64,000 bases of DNA from an uncultured candidate division Zixibacteria bacterium (GTDB taxonomy: Bacteria; Zixibacteria; MSB-5A5; UBA10806; 4484-95): positions 960,001 to 1,024,000 of the forward strand of contig CAXXKA010000008.1 in assembly GCA_963668625.2 (NCBI GenBank). The letters are read 5' to 3'. Below the pieces are notes generated by a model, which was given only the letters and a program-made list of their open reading frames with translations, was not told where the DNA came from and searched no databases. Made by a program: the position numbers and the translations under genes. Shown piece after piece: positions 11,575-22,599 of the stretch (position 1 is its first letter; each line of letters starts with the position of its first letter).

Positions 11575-12564
11575 TTGGAGTACCTTAAAATAGATAGATT
11601 CGACCTGGAGTTTTCTCGCATAGGTCTGGGCACCTGGGCTATCGGCGGATTCCTCTGGGGTGGTACCGATGAGGAGGATTCGATCGCCACGATTCGAAGC
11701 GCGATAGATAATGGTATCAACGTGATCGATACCGCGCCCGTATACGGTTTCGGATTGTCAGAGGAACTGGTTGCCAGAGCTATCAAAGGTTTTATCGATA
11801 GAGAAAAGGTGATCATCTCAACCAAGGTCGGGCTCGAATGGCGGCGCAATCTCGTGCTCAGAAATTGCACGCCGAAACGGATACGGAAAGAAATAGATGA
11901 TTCCCTGCGAAGGTTGAACACGGACTATATCGATATCTATTTCGTGCACTGGCCGGATCCGAAAGTCCCGTATGAACAAACCGCCGATATAATGTATGAT
12001 TTTCTCGAAAGCGGTAAAATAAAAGCTATCGGTGTCAGTAATTATGATGTCTTACAGATGCGAGCTTTCGGCAAATCTGCCCCTATTCATTTTCTGCAGC
12101 CTCCGTATAATCTGTTCGAGCGCGAGATAGAATCGGAAATATTGCCTTACAGCCTCGAAAATGACATACGAATTTTCGGCTACGGTTCTCTTTGCCGGGG
12201 TATGCTTTCGGGCAAGATGGCCGCCGACCGCCTGTTCGAGGGGGATGATATTCGTCAACTCGATCCCAAATTCAAATCACCTCAATATGAAAAATATTTG
12301 AACGCAGTCGATAGTCTGGATTCGTACGCTCACGATAAATACGGTAAAACCGTGATGGAATTAGCAGTCAGGTGGGCGCTTGATAAGGGCGTACATACGG
12401 CATTATGGGGTGCGCGTAAATCCTCGCAACTCGAGAATGTCGATAACGTGTTCGGTTGGCATCTGGATGATAAATCACTGGCCGAGGTTGATAATCTTAT
12501 CATGGAATATGTCCCGGAACCCATAGGGCCGGAATTCATGGGGCCTGGAGTCAGACGGGTATAA
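11575..12564 (+). CDS. Aldo/keto reductase (YhdN-like)
   Basis: GLGTWAIGG, IDTAPVYGFG.SEE, TKVG, SLRRL.TDYID..HWPD, IGVSN; TTG start at 11575 after GGAGG. Confidence 0.92.
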   Translation: MEYLKIDRFDLEFSRIGLGTWAIGGFLWGGTDEEDSIATIRSAIDNGINVIDTAPVYGFGLSEELVARAIKGFIDREKVIISTKVGLEWRRNLVLRNCTPKRIRKEIDDSLRRLNTDYIDIYFVHWPDPKVPYEQTADIMYDFLESGKIKAIGVSNYDVLQMRAFGKSAPIHFLQPPYNLFEREIESEILPYSLENDIRIFGYGSLCRGMLSGKMAADRLFEGDDIRQLDPKFKSPQYEKYLNAVDSLDSYAHDKYGKTVMELAVRWALDKGVHTALWGARKSSQLENVDNVFGWHLDDKSLAEVDNLIMEYVPEPIGPEFMGPGVRRV

Positions 12565-12745
12565 ATCGATCTGTTAACTTTTGTCATCTTTTTAAAAAAT
12601 TATATAAAACATTCTACGTATTTATTCGTAGTTGAGTAAGGTAACGCGTGGGTTTTAAAATAACGTATTAATTTTCCCGAATTATACGCAATTTAACGCA
12701 AAAATTGTGTTGCTTTAGAGATGTATCAAATAAGGAGCTTAAAAG

Positions 12746-15028
12746 ATGATGGGAGTGAGTAAAATACGAATGATTATAGGCTTGATACCGTTTGTAATAT
12801 TAATAATGGTATCAATCGCACCGGCCGTGCCTAATCAATATGAGCCGGTATTCAATCCCAGCCTGGAAATCCACAAAACGAGTTGCACGATAAAAGTTGA
12901 TGGTAGAATCGAAAGCGGCGAATGGGATAATTGCGGTCGAGCGGAAAATTTCGTCGAACGTCAACCGGGTATAAACATGATGCCGGAAGTGCAGACGGTG
13001 GTATTTATTACCTATGATGATGAAAACCTGTACGTTGCTTTTAACTGTCAAGATAACCCGGCTGATATTCGCGCGACTATGTGCCAGCGAGATCAGTATT
13101 CGGGCGGCATGGATGATGTAGTGACGGTGCTACTGGATACTTACGGAAACGCCACCTGGGCATACGAATTCATGGTCAATCCGTATGGCGTGCAGAAAGA
13201 CTTTCTCTGGTCAAGCATCCACGGTGAGGATTCCGGATTCGATTTGACCTGGGAGTCGGCTGCGACTATTACCGATATGGGCTACCAGGTGGAGATGGCT
13301 ATTCCATTCGCGAGCATGAGATTTCCCAATAAGGATATTCAATCGTGGAAAATCGATTTTTACCGTAGTCACCCCCGCGAAACTTACAAACAATACTCCT
13401 GGGCCGCATATGATCAGGATGAACAGTGCTGGCCCTGTCAGTGGGGAACCGTCACCGGTATACAGGGAGTCGAGCCGGGTAAAGGATTCGAAATAATGCC
13501 GACATTAATCGGCACTCAGGCCGGTAGAATTTCCGATTATGGAGATCCTAATTCGAAATTCATCAATGATGACGCAGAGGCGGAATTGTCAGTCGGCGGT
13601 AAATATTCAATATCCTCGGATGTTACTCTCGAGGGCACATACAATCCCGATTTCAGCCAGATCGAAGCCGATGCCGCGCAGGTAAATGTCAATTCAACGA
13701 TATCACTTTTTTATCCCGAACGGAGGCCGTTTTTCCAGGAGGGAAGAGATATTTTTCAAACCATGTTTAACTCGTTCTATAGCCGAACGATAAACGATCC
13801 GCAATTTGCTCTGAAACTCACCGGTAGGATGGAAAGCTATAATATCGGATATCTCTCCGCCTATGATGATAACACCCCCTATATGATTCCGCTGGAGGAA
13901 CGAGGTATCCTGGTTAATACCGGTAAAAGTTATGTCAACGTACTGAGGGCTACCCGGGCGTTCGGCGGAGATAATCATGTGGGAGTAATCTTCAACGACA
14001 GGCGTTTTGACGGCAGTGGCTATAACTCCATCGTAAGTTTCGATCATGATTTCCGCCTCTCACAGAAATACAGTTTCACGGGCCAGTATATCATGAGCTT
14101 TACCGAAGAGCAGGATGATAGCAGTTTGAATCAGTCATTCAATGGCGATACTTTCGATAACGGCAAATATACTGTCGCTTTCGATGGCGAGAAATATCAT
14201 GGAACCGCCCATGTAACCCAGTTAAGGCGGCGTTCTCGATTCTGGAATTTCAATATCGATTACAATCATTGTTCGCCCTCTTACAGGACCGAGACCGGCT
14301 ATGATCCATGGAACGATTATCACAATTTCTCGATCTGGAACGATTTTAATTTTTATCCTGAAAACGGAATTATTGAAAGGATTTCACCCGAGCTTTATCT
14401 CATGCGAAAATGGAATTATAACGGTGATATCAAGTGGAGTCAGGCAGACGCGTCGGCTCAGGTTGATTTCCGTTGGGCGCAATCATATCTCGGAGCTTCG
14501 GTGTTTACCGGCGCTGAAAAATGGGGCGGTATCGAATTTAATGATCTGAAGGATATCGAATTCTGGTTAGGAAGTGAGTTCTCGAGTTCTTTCGGTTATG
14601 ATATGAATTTCGGTTTCGGAACCAATGTTGCTCGCCGTTTTCTGGAAAAAGGTGATTTCATGTTTTATTCGTTGTCCCTCGATTTGAAACCATGGGATAG
14701 ACTGGTTATAGAACCATCACTGGATTACACGCGGAGTGAAAACCATGATACAGGTGAGGAGCAGTATAAGCAAACAATCACACGTACCCGGTTCCGTTAT
14801 CAAGCTAACAAGGAACTTTCTATTCGTCTGGTGGTGCAGTACAACGATAACGGCGATTATCTCGATATCGACCCGCTGTTGACATACAGGATAAGCCCGT
14901 TTTCGATGTTCTATATCGGTTCGACGCACGATTTCGCCAAGCTAACCGACCCCAACGATAATTCCAGAGTACTGACACAAACAGACCGTCAGTTTTTCAT
15001 GAAACTACAGTATTTGTTCAGGATATAA
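12746..15028 (+). CDS. CBM9-like + DUF5916 outer-membrane protein
   Basis: Signal peptide, VDG..E.EW, YDDENLY, NPDFSQIEAD, ERRPFF.EG, C-terminal FMKLQYLFRI. Confidence 0.85.
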   Translation: MMGVSKIRMIIGLIPFVILIMVSIAPAVPNQYEPVFNPSLEIHKTSCTIKVDGRIESGEWDNCGRAENFVERQPGINMMPEVQTVVFITYDDENLYVAFNCQDNPADIRATMCQRDQYSGGMDDVVTVLLDTYGNATWAYEFMVNPYGVQKDFLWSSIHGEDSGFDLTWESAATITDMGYQVEMAIPFASMRFPNKDIQSWKIDFYRSHPRETYKQYSWAAYDQDEQCWPCQWGTVTGIQGVEPGKGFEIMPTLIGTQAGRISDYGDPNSKFINDDAEAELSVGGKYSISSDVTLEGTYNPDFSQIEADAAQVNVNSTISLFYPERRPFFQEGRDIFQTMFNSFYSRTINDPQFALKLTGRMESYNIGYLSAYDDNTPYMIPLEERGILVNTGKSYVNVLRATRAFGGDNHVGVIFNDRRFDGSGYNSIVSFDHDFRLSQKYSFTGQYIMSFTEEQDDSSLNQSFNGDTFDNGKYTVAFDGEKYHGTAHVTQLRRRSRFWNFNIDYNHCSPSYRTETGYDPWNDYHNFSIWNDFNFYPENGIIERISPELYLMRKWNYNGDIKWSQADASAQVDFRWAQSYLGASVFTGAEKWGGIEFNDLKDIEFWLGSEFSSSFGYDMNFGFGTNVARRFLEKGDFMFYSLSLDLKPWDRLVIEPSLDYTRSENHDTGEEQYKQTITRTRFRYQANKELSIRLVVQYNDNGDYLDIDPLLTYRISPFSMFYIGSTHDFAKLTDPNDNSRVLTQTDRQFFMKLQYLFRI

Positions 15029-15034
15029 AAAGCA

Positions 15035-15071
15035 AATCCCGCTTGCGATGAGATAATCACAGGCGGGATTA
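15035..15071 (+). terminator. Hairpin, probable intrinsic terminator
   Basis: AATCCCGCTTG...CAGGCGGGATT directly after the stop codon. Confidence 0.6.
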
Positions 15072-15258
15072 AATCTCTAATTCAACTTCATGAATTTCTA
15101 TTCACAGGCAGACCAATCGGTTGGCTACTGGGGCTGCATATCCTCAGTGTGGGGATTATAAATACCTGTGATAATATAAATAGCATCACTACTGTCCGGC
15201 CATTCCATCTCGTTGCGAAGCGCTGCTTCGCAACGTGGCTTGTTTGCCGGCAGAATGC

Positions 15259-15549
15259 TTATTCTACATGACTCAAGAAATATCTAATCAAACCTGCCAT
15301 CCAGAAATCGGGCGCGTTGAGATGAGCGCAGCCGTTACAAACGGTTATCGCTCCTCCGTTTATCAGTTGATACTGCAGCCAGCCGTCACTGCCGAATTGC
15401 TGACCATCTATAGCCTCGTAAGTGGAATCGAATTTTTCCTGGTACAGGGTGACCCAGCTGCTATCGTTGAATGCCGTTGATGTTTAGGATAAAGACAGGA
15501 TGGGGAATATTATATAAAATGCTATTGAAATAGGATTTAGGTTTACCAT
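15259..15549 (-). pseudogene. Remnant of a secreted-protein gene with an in-frame TAA
   Basis: MVNLNPISIAFYIIFPILSLS*TSTAFNDSSWVTLYQEKFDSTYEAIDGQQFGSDGWLQYQLINGG...; stop at 15484-15486; ends beside the palindrome at 15211-15235. Confidence 0.5.
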
Positions 15550-15794
15550 AGTCACGCCAATATTAAAATAATTTCCTAAATCAGTATAGTAATCGATAAT
15601 AATCCTGTTAAGCGACATATCCTGGGAGATGGTTTAAAAACTCATTTGTATTTTTGTTGACTAATATGGTTTTCCAAAAATATATCAGCAAATAATATTC
15701 GATTCCAATTTAATAAAAAAGTCATTGAACACAAGAGTAAATATCAATATAATAAAATAGTTTTGGTTTAGAAATAATCATAAGGAGATTACAT

Positions 15795-16403
15795 ATGAAC
15801 ATTAGGCCACCTCGAAAGAGAAAACTACATTCGATAGAGACTCGAGATGAAATCGCAATGAAAAAGAATGAGTTATATTTACGGGCATTAAGGCAAAGAG
15901 AAGATGATGTTGTTAAATTCCTCGGTCTTCTGGTTCCAGCTCTTGTGGGGTATATTTGGTTATTAACTAAATCATCTGAGGTTTGTGAACAAACACTATT
16001 CTCAGGTACAGTAGGTGTCATATTCGTTCTTTCTGTTGGTGCTGTTTTTACAGTTGCGCTTGGCTTCAATTATAGATACATAACGTTACAGATGGCTAAA
16101 ATTGACGTATTTTATTCTGTCGATAAATTAGTTTTAAAAAAGTGGCCTAGAAAGCCGGGTGATTTTAAAATGATATTTTGTTCACCACCTGAAATATTAA
16201 AAATATATTGGATATCATATTTAATATTAATACTATTAATCTGTTGTATTTCATGTTTGTTTATTGATAAATGCTCATATTTATGTATCATTTTTGTGAT
16301 TAGTTTTATTGCATTATTGTTTAGTATCTTATTGCCTTTCTATTATGGATGTAAGATACAAAAAATTTGTGAGCTTGAAGGCATTAATTGGAATTATATT
16401 TAA
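15795..16403 (+). CDS. Hypothetical 4-TM membrane protein, low GC
   Basis: AAGGAG RBS, four hydrophobic segments, AT-rich DNA. Confidence 0.7.
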   Translation: MNIRPPRKRKLHSIETRDEIAMKKNELYLRALRQREDDVVKFLGLLVPALVGYIWLLTKSSEVCEQTLFSGTVGVIFVLSVGAVFTVALGFNYRYITLQMAKIDVFYSVDKLVLKKWPRKPGDFKMIFCSPPEILKIYWISYLILILLICCISCLFIDKCSYLCIIFVISFIALLFSILLPFYYGCKIQKICELEGINWNYI

Positions 16404-16578
16404 CTGCCAATAAAACTTACAATTAATATATACCTTATTTATCTAATACTTAGTAATTAAATTGATATCGGGAACAATTATCATAATCGGTTAATTCTAA
16501 TATGATATAAGAGTATTCGTTAAACAACATTGGTATGCTTGATACAAAAATATCAATCACTCGCAAAAAGATGGACTT

Positions 16579-17323
16579 ATGTCATCTGATAATTTTAATT
16601 TGGAGACCGTCTTAACCGAGTCGCGGAGGTTCGGACTGATCGAGGTGTTCAAACAGTCGGCTCATATTAATTCAGTCGAGGATTATCGTAAACTTTATGC
16701 CACGAGTATCAACGATCCGGAGAAATTCTGGAGCGAGGTAGCCGAGGAACTTCACTGGTTCAAAGGCTGGGACAAGGTTGTCAACGATGATAACGCACCT
16801 TTCTATAAATGGTTCGAGAACGGCAAGACCAATATCAGTTTCAATTGCATAGACCGTCACCTGTTTGACCGGGGAAAAAACAAAGCCGCATTGGTCCGGG
16901 AGGGCGAGCCCGGAGATACCAGGGTGCTGGGATTTGTACCGCGAGGTGAACCGATTCGCAAACGTGCTTAAAAATCTCGGCGTAATGAAAGGGGATAGGG
17001 TAATAATATACTTGCCGATGATACCCGAATTGGCTATCTCGATGCTGGCCTGCGCGCGTATCGGGGCGGTGCACTCGGTGGTATTCGCGGGATTCTCCTC
17101 CGACTCGATCCGCGACCGCATACAGGATTGCCGGGCCGAGTACGTTGTAACCGCTGATGGTTCCTGGCGACGCGGCAACGTGCTGCCGTTGAAAAATATG
17201 GTGGATAAAGCCGTGGAACAGTGCGATTGTGTCAAGGATGTGCTGGTTATCCAGCGAAATCCCGGCTCGAGCTTTCCCTGCCATATACAAGAGGGGCGAG
17301 ACTACTGGAATTTCAATAAATAA
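16579..17323 (+). pseudogene. acs: Acetyl-CoA synthetase N-terminal remnant (frameshifted and truncated)
   Basis: [52 protein letters not shown]. Small deletion at ~16929, conserved W changed to R, stops before the AMP-binding motif. Confidence 0.88.
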
Positions 17324-17448
17324 TTTGGAGCTTGTGTAAAACAACTTTTAACCGTAAATTATCATCTCTCGATTTAGAAATTTCTGAAAGAAAAATGCTC
17401 TTTGATTATATGAGATAATAAGGCACCTTATTACTGGAGGCAAAACTG

Positions 17449-20400
17449 ATGAGAACTACATATGGCAGGATAGCTGTATTTATTCTCTTTCTCCTATTAA
17501 CTGCAACTGGTTATGCCCAGATAGATTGGCAAGCTAATTTTTTCATACAACCTTATCCCTCACCTTACCTGAGCGATTGGGAATATAACCGCTCAACCGC
17601 CAGCTTGACCCTGTATAATTATTCGGACAGCGACATTGATGTTATAGTTCATGTTACGGTCAGCCGTCAAAACGGAGAATTGATCGGCAGGGTAAACAGT
17701 AATCGCTTATTTATTCCGCAAAGCCCGCCACCCACGATACTGAACTCGGATGATATATTCGACTGGGACTCTGCTGAATACGGTTCCAACCAGAGGGATA
17801 TCATCATACGAACGGGCAGGTTGCCCGAGGGCAATTTCGAGGCCTGCGCCCGGATTACCGATATAAACGGCGAGGTGTTGATTGAGGATATCTGCGCGTA
17901 CTTCTCGATACTATATCCCGAGCCGCCCATGCTTTTAATGCCTAACGATCAGGATACGATTGCGTTACATTATCAAACTTTCCAGTGGACTCCGGTAATA
18001 CTGCCACCTGAATTTCAAGCACTATATTCGATAAAGATAGCCGAGGTAAATCCGGGGCAACAACCCGAGCGGGCCTTGCAGGCAAATCAACTTCATCACG
18101 AGGAATACGATATCACCTCCAATCTGTATCAGTATCCCATCGATGGTTACCCGTTCGAGCCGTCCAAGCAATATGCCTGGCAGGTAAGCGTATTCGATCA
18201 AAACGGTATGCCGGCTGTTTCCAATGACGGCCATAGCCAGATATGGACTTTTTTCACGCCCGATACTACTACCCACGAGGAACCTGAGAAACCCGGGCGC
18301 AGGGATATCGTAGGGCATCTGACCGGCATGCAATCCATGCAACCACTCGGCGATGCTAAAGCGGTCTATCGTCAACTGGAGCAGGTATGGGAAGGCGATT
18401 CTATCGCTTATTATCCATCGCCCGATTCGGAGGTGACCACAACTAACGATAGCGGCAGGTTAAGATTCTCGAATGTTGCCGATAGCTCGTTTTTCAGTAT
18501 TACGATAAGCAAAACCGGTTATATCGATGAGTATTATCTATCCAACACTTATGAGACTATCGGGGATGTAGATCTGTGGAATTTGTATCTCACAGCTGAT
18601 TACGCCGATATCGCGGGCAGGGTCGCACAGATACACTCCGATCAACCTTTACCGTTTACCAGCGTTGAGCTATGGCGGAAAAGACCGATTCAGGAGTCGC
18701 CGGGAGGCGGCGGCCCGGATGTAGAGGACAGATTGTTGCATTCGGCCAGGGCCGACTCCGCGGGTAATTTCGTATTCTCGAGAATTCCCGGTGGCTCGGG
18801 CTATTATCTGAAAATCGATAAACCGAAATACGAGCCTTATGAATCATCTAATTTCAAGGTTATCGGTGGCATTTACGCTTACCCCGGAACAAACTACCTG
18901 ACTCCGAAATACGGTGCGATTAGCGGCACGGTCAGGGACTCGCTTACTAATAATATGATTACGAATGCTATAGTGTATATCTATGCCGATAGCGCGAGCT
19001 CTTCCGGAGTTAAACCCGACAATCCCTTTCAACCGTCAAGACCGGACAACGAACCGATTGCCGGACCGGACACCACCGATTTCGCGGGTCATTTCAATTT
19101 CTCCGAGCTCCTGTTGAACGAATTCGAACAACCGGCCGATCGCTACGTTTTGTGGGTGGAAAAGGGTGAATATAAGACCGCGATGCGATCCGCGCGGATT
19201 ACCGAGATGCAGTTAAACACTACAGTCGATTTCAGTCTATTACCGCAACCGGGGATGATACAGGGAGTCGTTACCAGCTCGGTTGACGGTTCGCCGATCG
19301 GCGATGCCAGGGTGGAGCTTCAGGTAGGAACGCCCCAGAGTATTCGTTACGGTGCGTACGGAAAAACAGAGAGAACGGCTTATACTAACCCTGATGGCAG
19401 CTACAGTATTACCGATATCGAGGAGGGCAGCTACGCCGGGGTCGTATTTTTCAAAAGAGGATACGAAATTTTCGGTATACCCGGTCCTATCGAGATAGTG
19501 AACGGTCGTATTGTTACTATCGATGCCCAGCTACGGCAACCGGTTGGTGTAATTACCGGTCGTGTCGTTAATGAGGACGATAATCCGTTATACGGGGTAA
19601 CTATACTGTCACCTAATGCTCCCGGTATCAGCGGATATACGGAGGTTGATGGGACTTTCATTTTGAATAATGTCCCAGCTACGGATGTGATCCTCGATTT
19701 CAACCTTCCCGGCCATAGCGGTATTTCCGATACCTTGACTGTCGAAAGCGATGATACGGCCAATGTGAATATCACTATGCAGGGCTATCGCGGGAGTATC
19801 ACGATAACGGTAAAGGATTCCACCTCTAACTCTCCGATAGCGAACGCTACTGTCTATATGTCGGGAATGGAGGAGCAATTAACCGACAACAACGGCTCGA
19901 TAACTTTCAACCGGATACCTGTCGGGCCTAAGCGGATAAGGATAGTACCCCCGAACTGGATGATCTTGACTATCGTGAGCGGTCGGTTAATATAGATATC
20001 GACGAGGGGCCTAATAATCCTCTTGTCTTAAAGCTGCTCAGGGGTGGGCGAATTTCGGGACGAACAATACTGGCCTCAAGCGATACACCGGTGAGCGGAG
20101 TGTATGTATCACTCGAGGGTATCAATGGAATAATCGATACGACCAACTCGGCCGGCGAGTTTACTCTTCGCAACGTCCCTGCCGATGAAAATCTTACCAT
20201 CGTAGCCTCACGAGTTGGATATACCACCGCGAGAGTGGATGATATCAATATCGAACCGGGGGAGCATCGCGAGAACATACGGATAGAGTTGCAGGAATCG
20301 GAAATCGATTCGGTTTTCGGATTCGCGGTGGAGTTGGATTCGATTGTCGCTATGCCCGGAGATAGAAAACGTGTTTACGGGGCTGTGGTAAATGTGCCCT

Positions 20401-22568
20401 CCAATCCGGTTATAGGTTTCCGTGATCGATCGACGAGGTTGTATTTCGATAACTTGATAGTCGATAACCGAAACGAGCCGGTGGCTAATAGTTTCCCCAT
20501 AAGCGTGGATGAGATCCCAGTAAAAGTTTTCACCCGGCTAAACGCTACTTTGAAAGATACCTCGGGCGGGCCTCTCAATATAATCTGGAATGATTCGTTG
20601 AACACCGGTGAAATTAGATCCGACCTGGTAATGGAAAACGCCATCCCCAACTGGATACCCGGTTCGCAATGGGCACAGGAGAAAATCGATAGGGTTACCG
20701 CGCCGGCGTTGTGGGCCGATGGTGTATATCACGGTTTGGAGGGGGAGGCTTTCGGCCTGAACATGACCGGGCAAAGTATCGGTTTAAGATTCTGGGGATT
20801 CGAGCTAAGCGTTGACTATACCCGCACTACTGTCGATGATGAGGGATTCCATTACCATGGCGCAATCCAATTCCCGCGCCTGCCCCGCCAGATCGAAATC
20901 GAGAATCTGAATATAAGAAGCCGAGAGGGGGGAGGAGTCGAGTTCGCCGGGGTGACGGTTAAAACCGATCCTCCGATTCGAATGGAGTTTAGCAGTATAA
21001 CGGTAGTCGATAGTTCCGCTACCTGGAACGAGTCCGGTTTCAAGGCTGATGGCGCTATTATAGCTACCTCGCTTGACCGAGAATTCGGCTTTACCGATCT
21101 GCGAATATCCCCGGAGGGTGATTTCCTGAGCCTCGTGTTTAACGCGGATGCTCGTTCGGGCACTATCAACGTACAATCGGCCGAGTTCACTATCTCCGAG
21201 CTCGGTTTCGGTACGGATGATTCGACTCATATCAGATATTTCGTGTTCTCCGGCGCCCTGGCTATTCCTCAGCTTGATGATCCGATCGAATTCCAGAATC
21301 TGAAATTCACCGAGGCGGGAGATTTTACCGGCAGAATACAATTCAACATGGAAAATACCATAGCCGGGGTGGTCACGTTACAACTCCAGGCGATAGAGTT
21401 CGAGGAGGATGATCGGGGTAAATTCATTTTCATCGAGGGAGGCCTGGCGTTCGATATCCCCAACCTTCACTTGCAGGTAGGAAATATCAGGTATTACGAG
21501 GATAGATCGTTCAATATAGAAAGAATAGAGATAAGTTTCCGTGCCGGCCCTACCGAGGTGGCGGTATTCGCCGAATGGTCGGATGACGTTTTTTCCGGCG
21601 GCGGCAGCATAATCGTACAGCCGGCATTCAGCGCGGCGGCGCAGTTCCGGTACGGCGGCTCCGATGACTGGTGGATTAAAATCACGGCTAACTCGCATAT
21701 CCCTATCGGCGCCGTTACTATCATTAATGTCACGGGGGAACTGGGCTATCAGGAGGGTACCTGGATTTTCGGATTCGGAGGAGGTTTCACGGCCGGTAGT
21801 ATGGAGAAAGCCATGCGCATGGATCTCTACGTGCGCGTACTTGCCACACCCGATGGTCCCATCATAAACGGCACAGCCGAGTTAATTGCGATGTCGGGAC
21901 TCGAGATCGGGACGGCCTCGATAATGCTCGATTTCGTGAATGAAAGGTTCACCGGTAATATCACGTTTGAGTTCGAAAAATCGGGTATCGAGGTAAGCGC
22001 ACAGATCGATATCGATATCAAAAGCGGCGAGTACTGGTATGTCGGCGGGCAGGCGGGAATCGACTTTTTCAGCCTGTACGAGCTTAATTCACGATTGGCG
22101 CTTGCTAATAATTATAATGGCTGGATGCATACCCTGCCGGTTTCATTCCATCCTGATAACCGGACTATTGACGGCTATCACTCCGATTTGACCTTTCATA
22201 TTGGAGACTCCGGACGTTGTTGGGGACTTACCTGCGATGCCTGGGCATTCATGGCTCTCAACTGGCAGGGGGATGTCGCAGGTGGTATCAAGATGCACGC
22301 CAATGCTTATGTCGATGTCTGGATTGTCGGGGGTTCGATTACCGCCGATATGGAGGCGGCCGTGCAGTACGTGAATGACTGTTTCGCTCTTCACGCCCAT
22401 GCGGGGGTAGAACTTAAGCTCTGGATAGGCTGTTGCGGACGAGGGGATGGCTGTTGGAATGTCTGCTGGGCCTGGATTTTCCCCTGTGGCGGGACTGCCT
22501 GTTTCGGGGTTGATATAGATGCCGATTACGCCTGTAACACCGGCTGGGATTTCGATGTCGACTGGTAG
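17449..22568 (+). CDS. Giant secreted protein (~1700 aa): TANFOR-like N-terminus, several carboxypeptidase-regulatory-like Ig domains, beta-rich C-terminal half; frameshift in the C-run at 19948-19952
   Basis: Signal peptide; PYPSPYLSDW...LPEGNFEAC...PPMLLMP...FQWTP...YAWQV. Adding one C gives IVPP-ELDDLDYRERSVNIDIDEGPNN... in frame with ORF 20091-22568. Confidence 0.75.
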
Positions 22569-22599
22569 AATATTCGGATAATAATAGAGGAGATAGATA

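Noticed and set aside
4850-19960. Frameshifts in the flippase-like gene, TBDR and TANFOR-like gene as programmed frameshifting or true pseudogenes
   Set aside because: Indels of one or two bases in short homopolymers of otherwise intact genes; best explained as long-read consensus errors (needs a read check).
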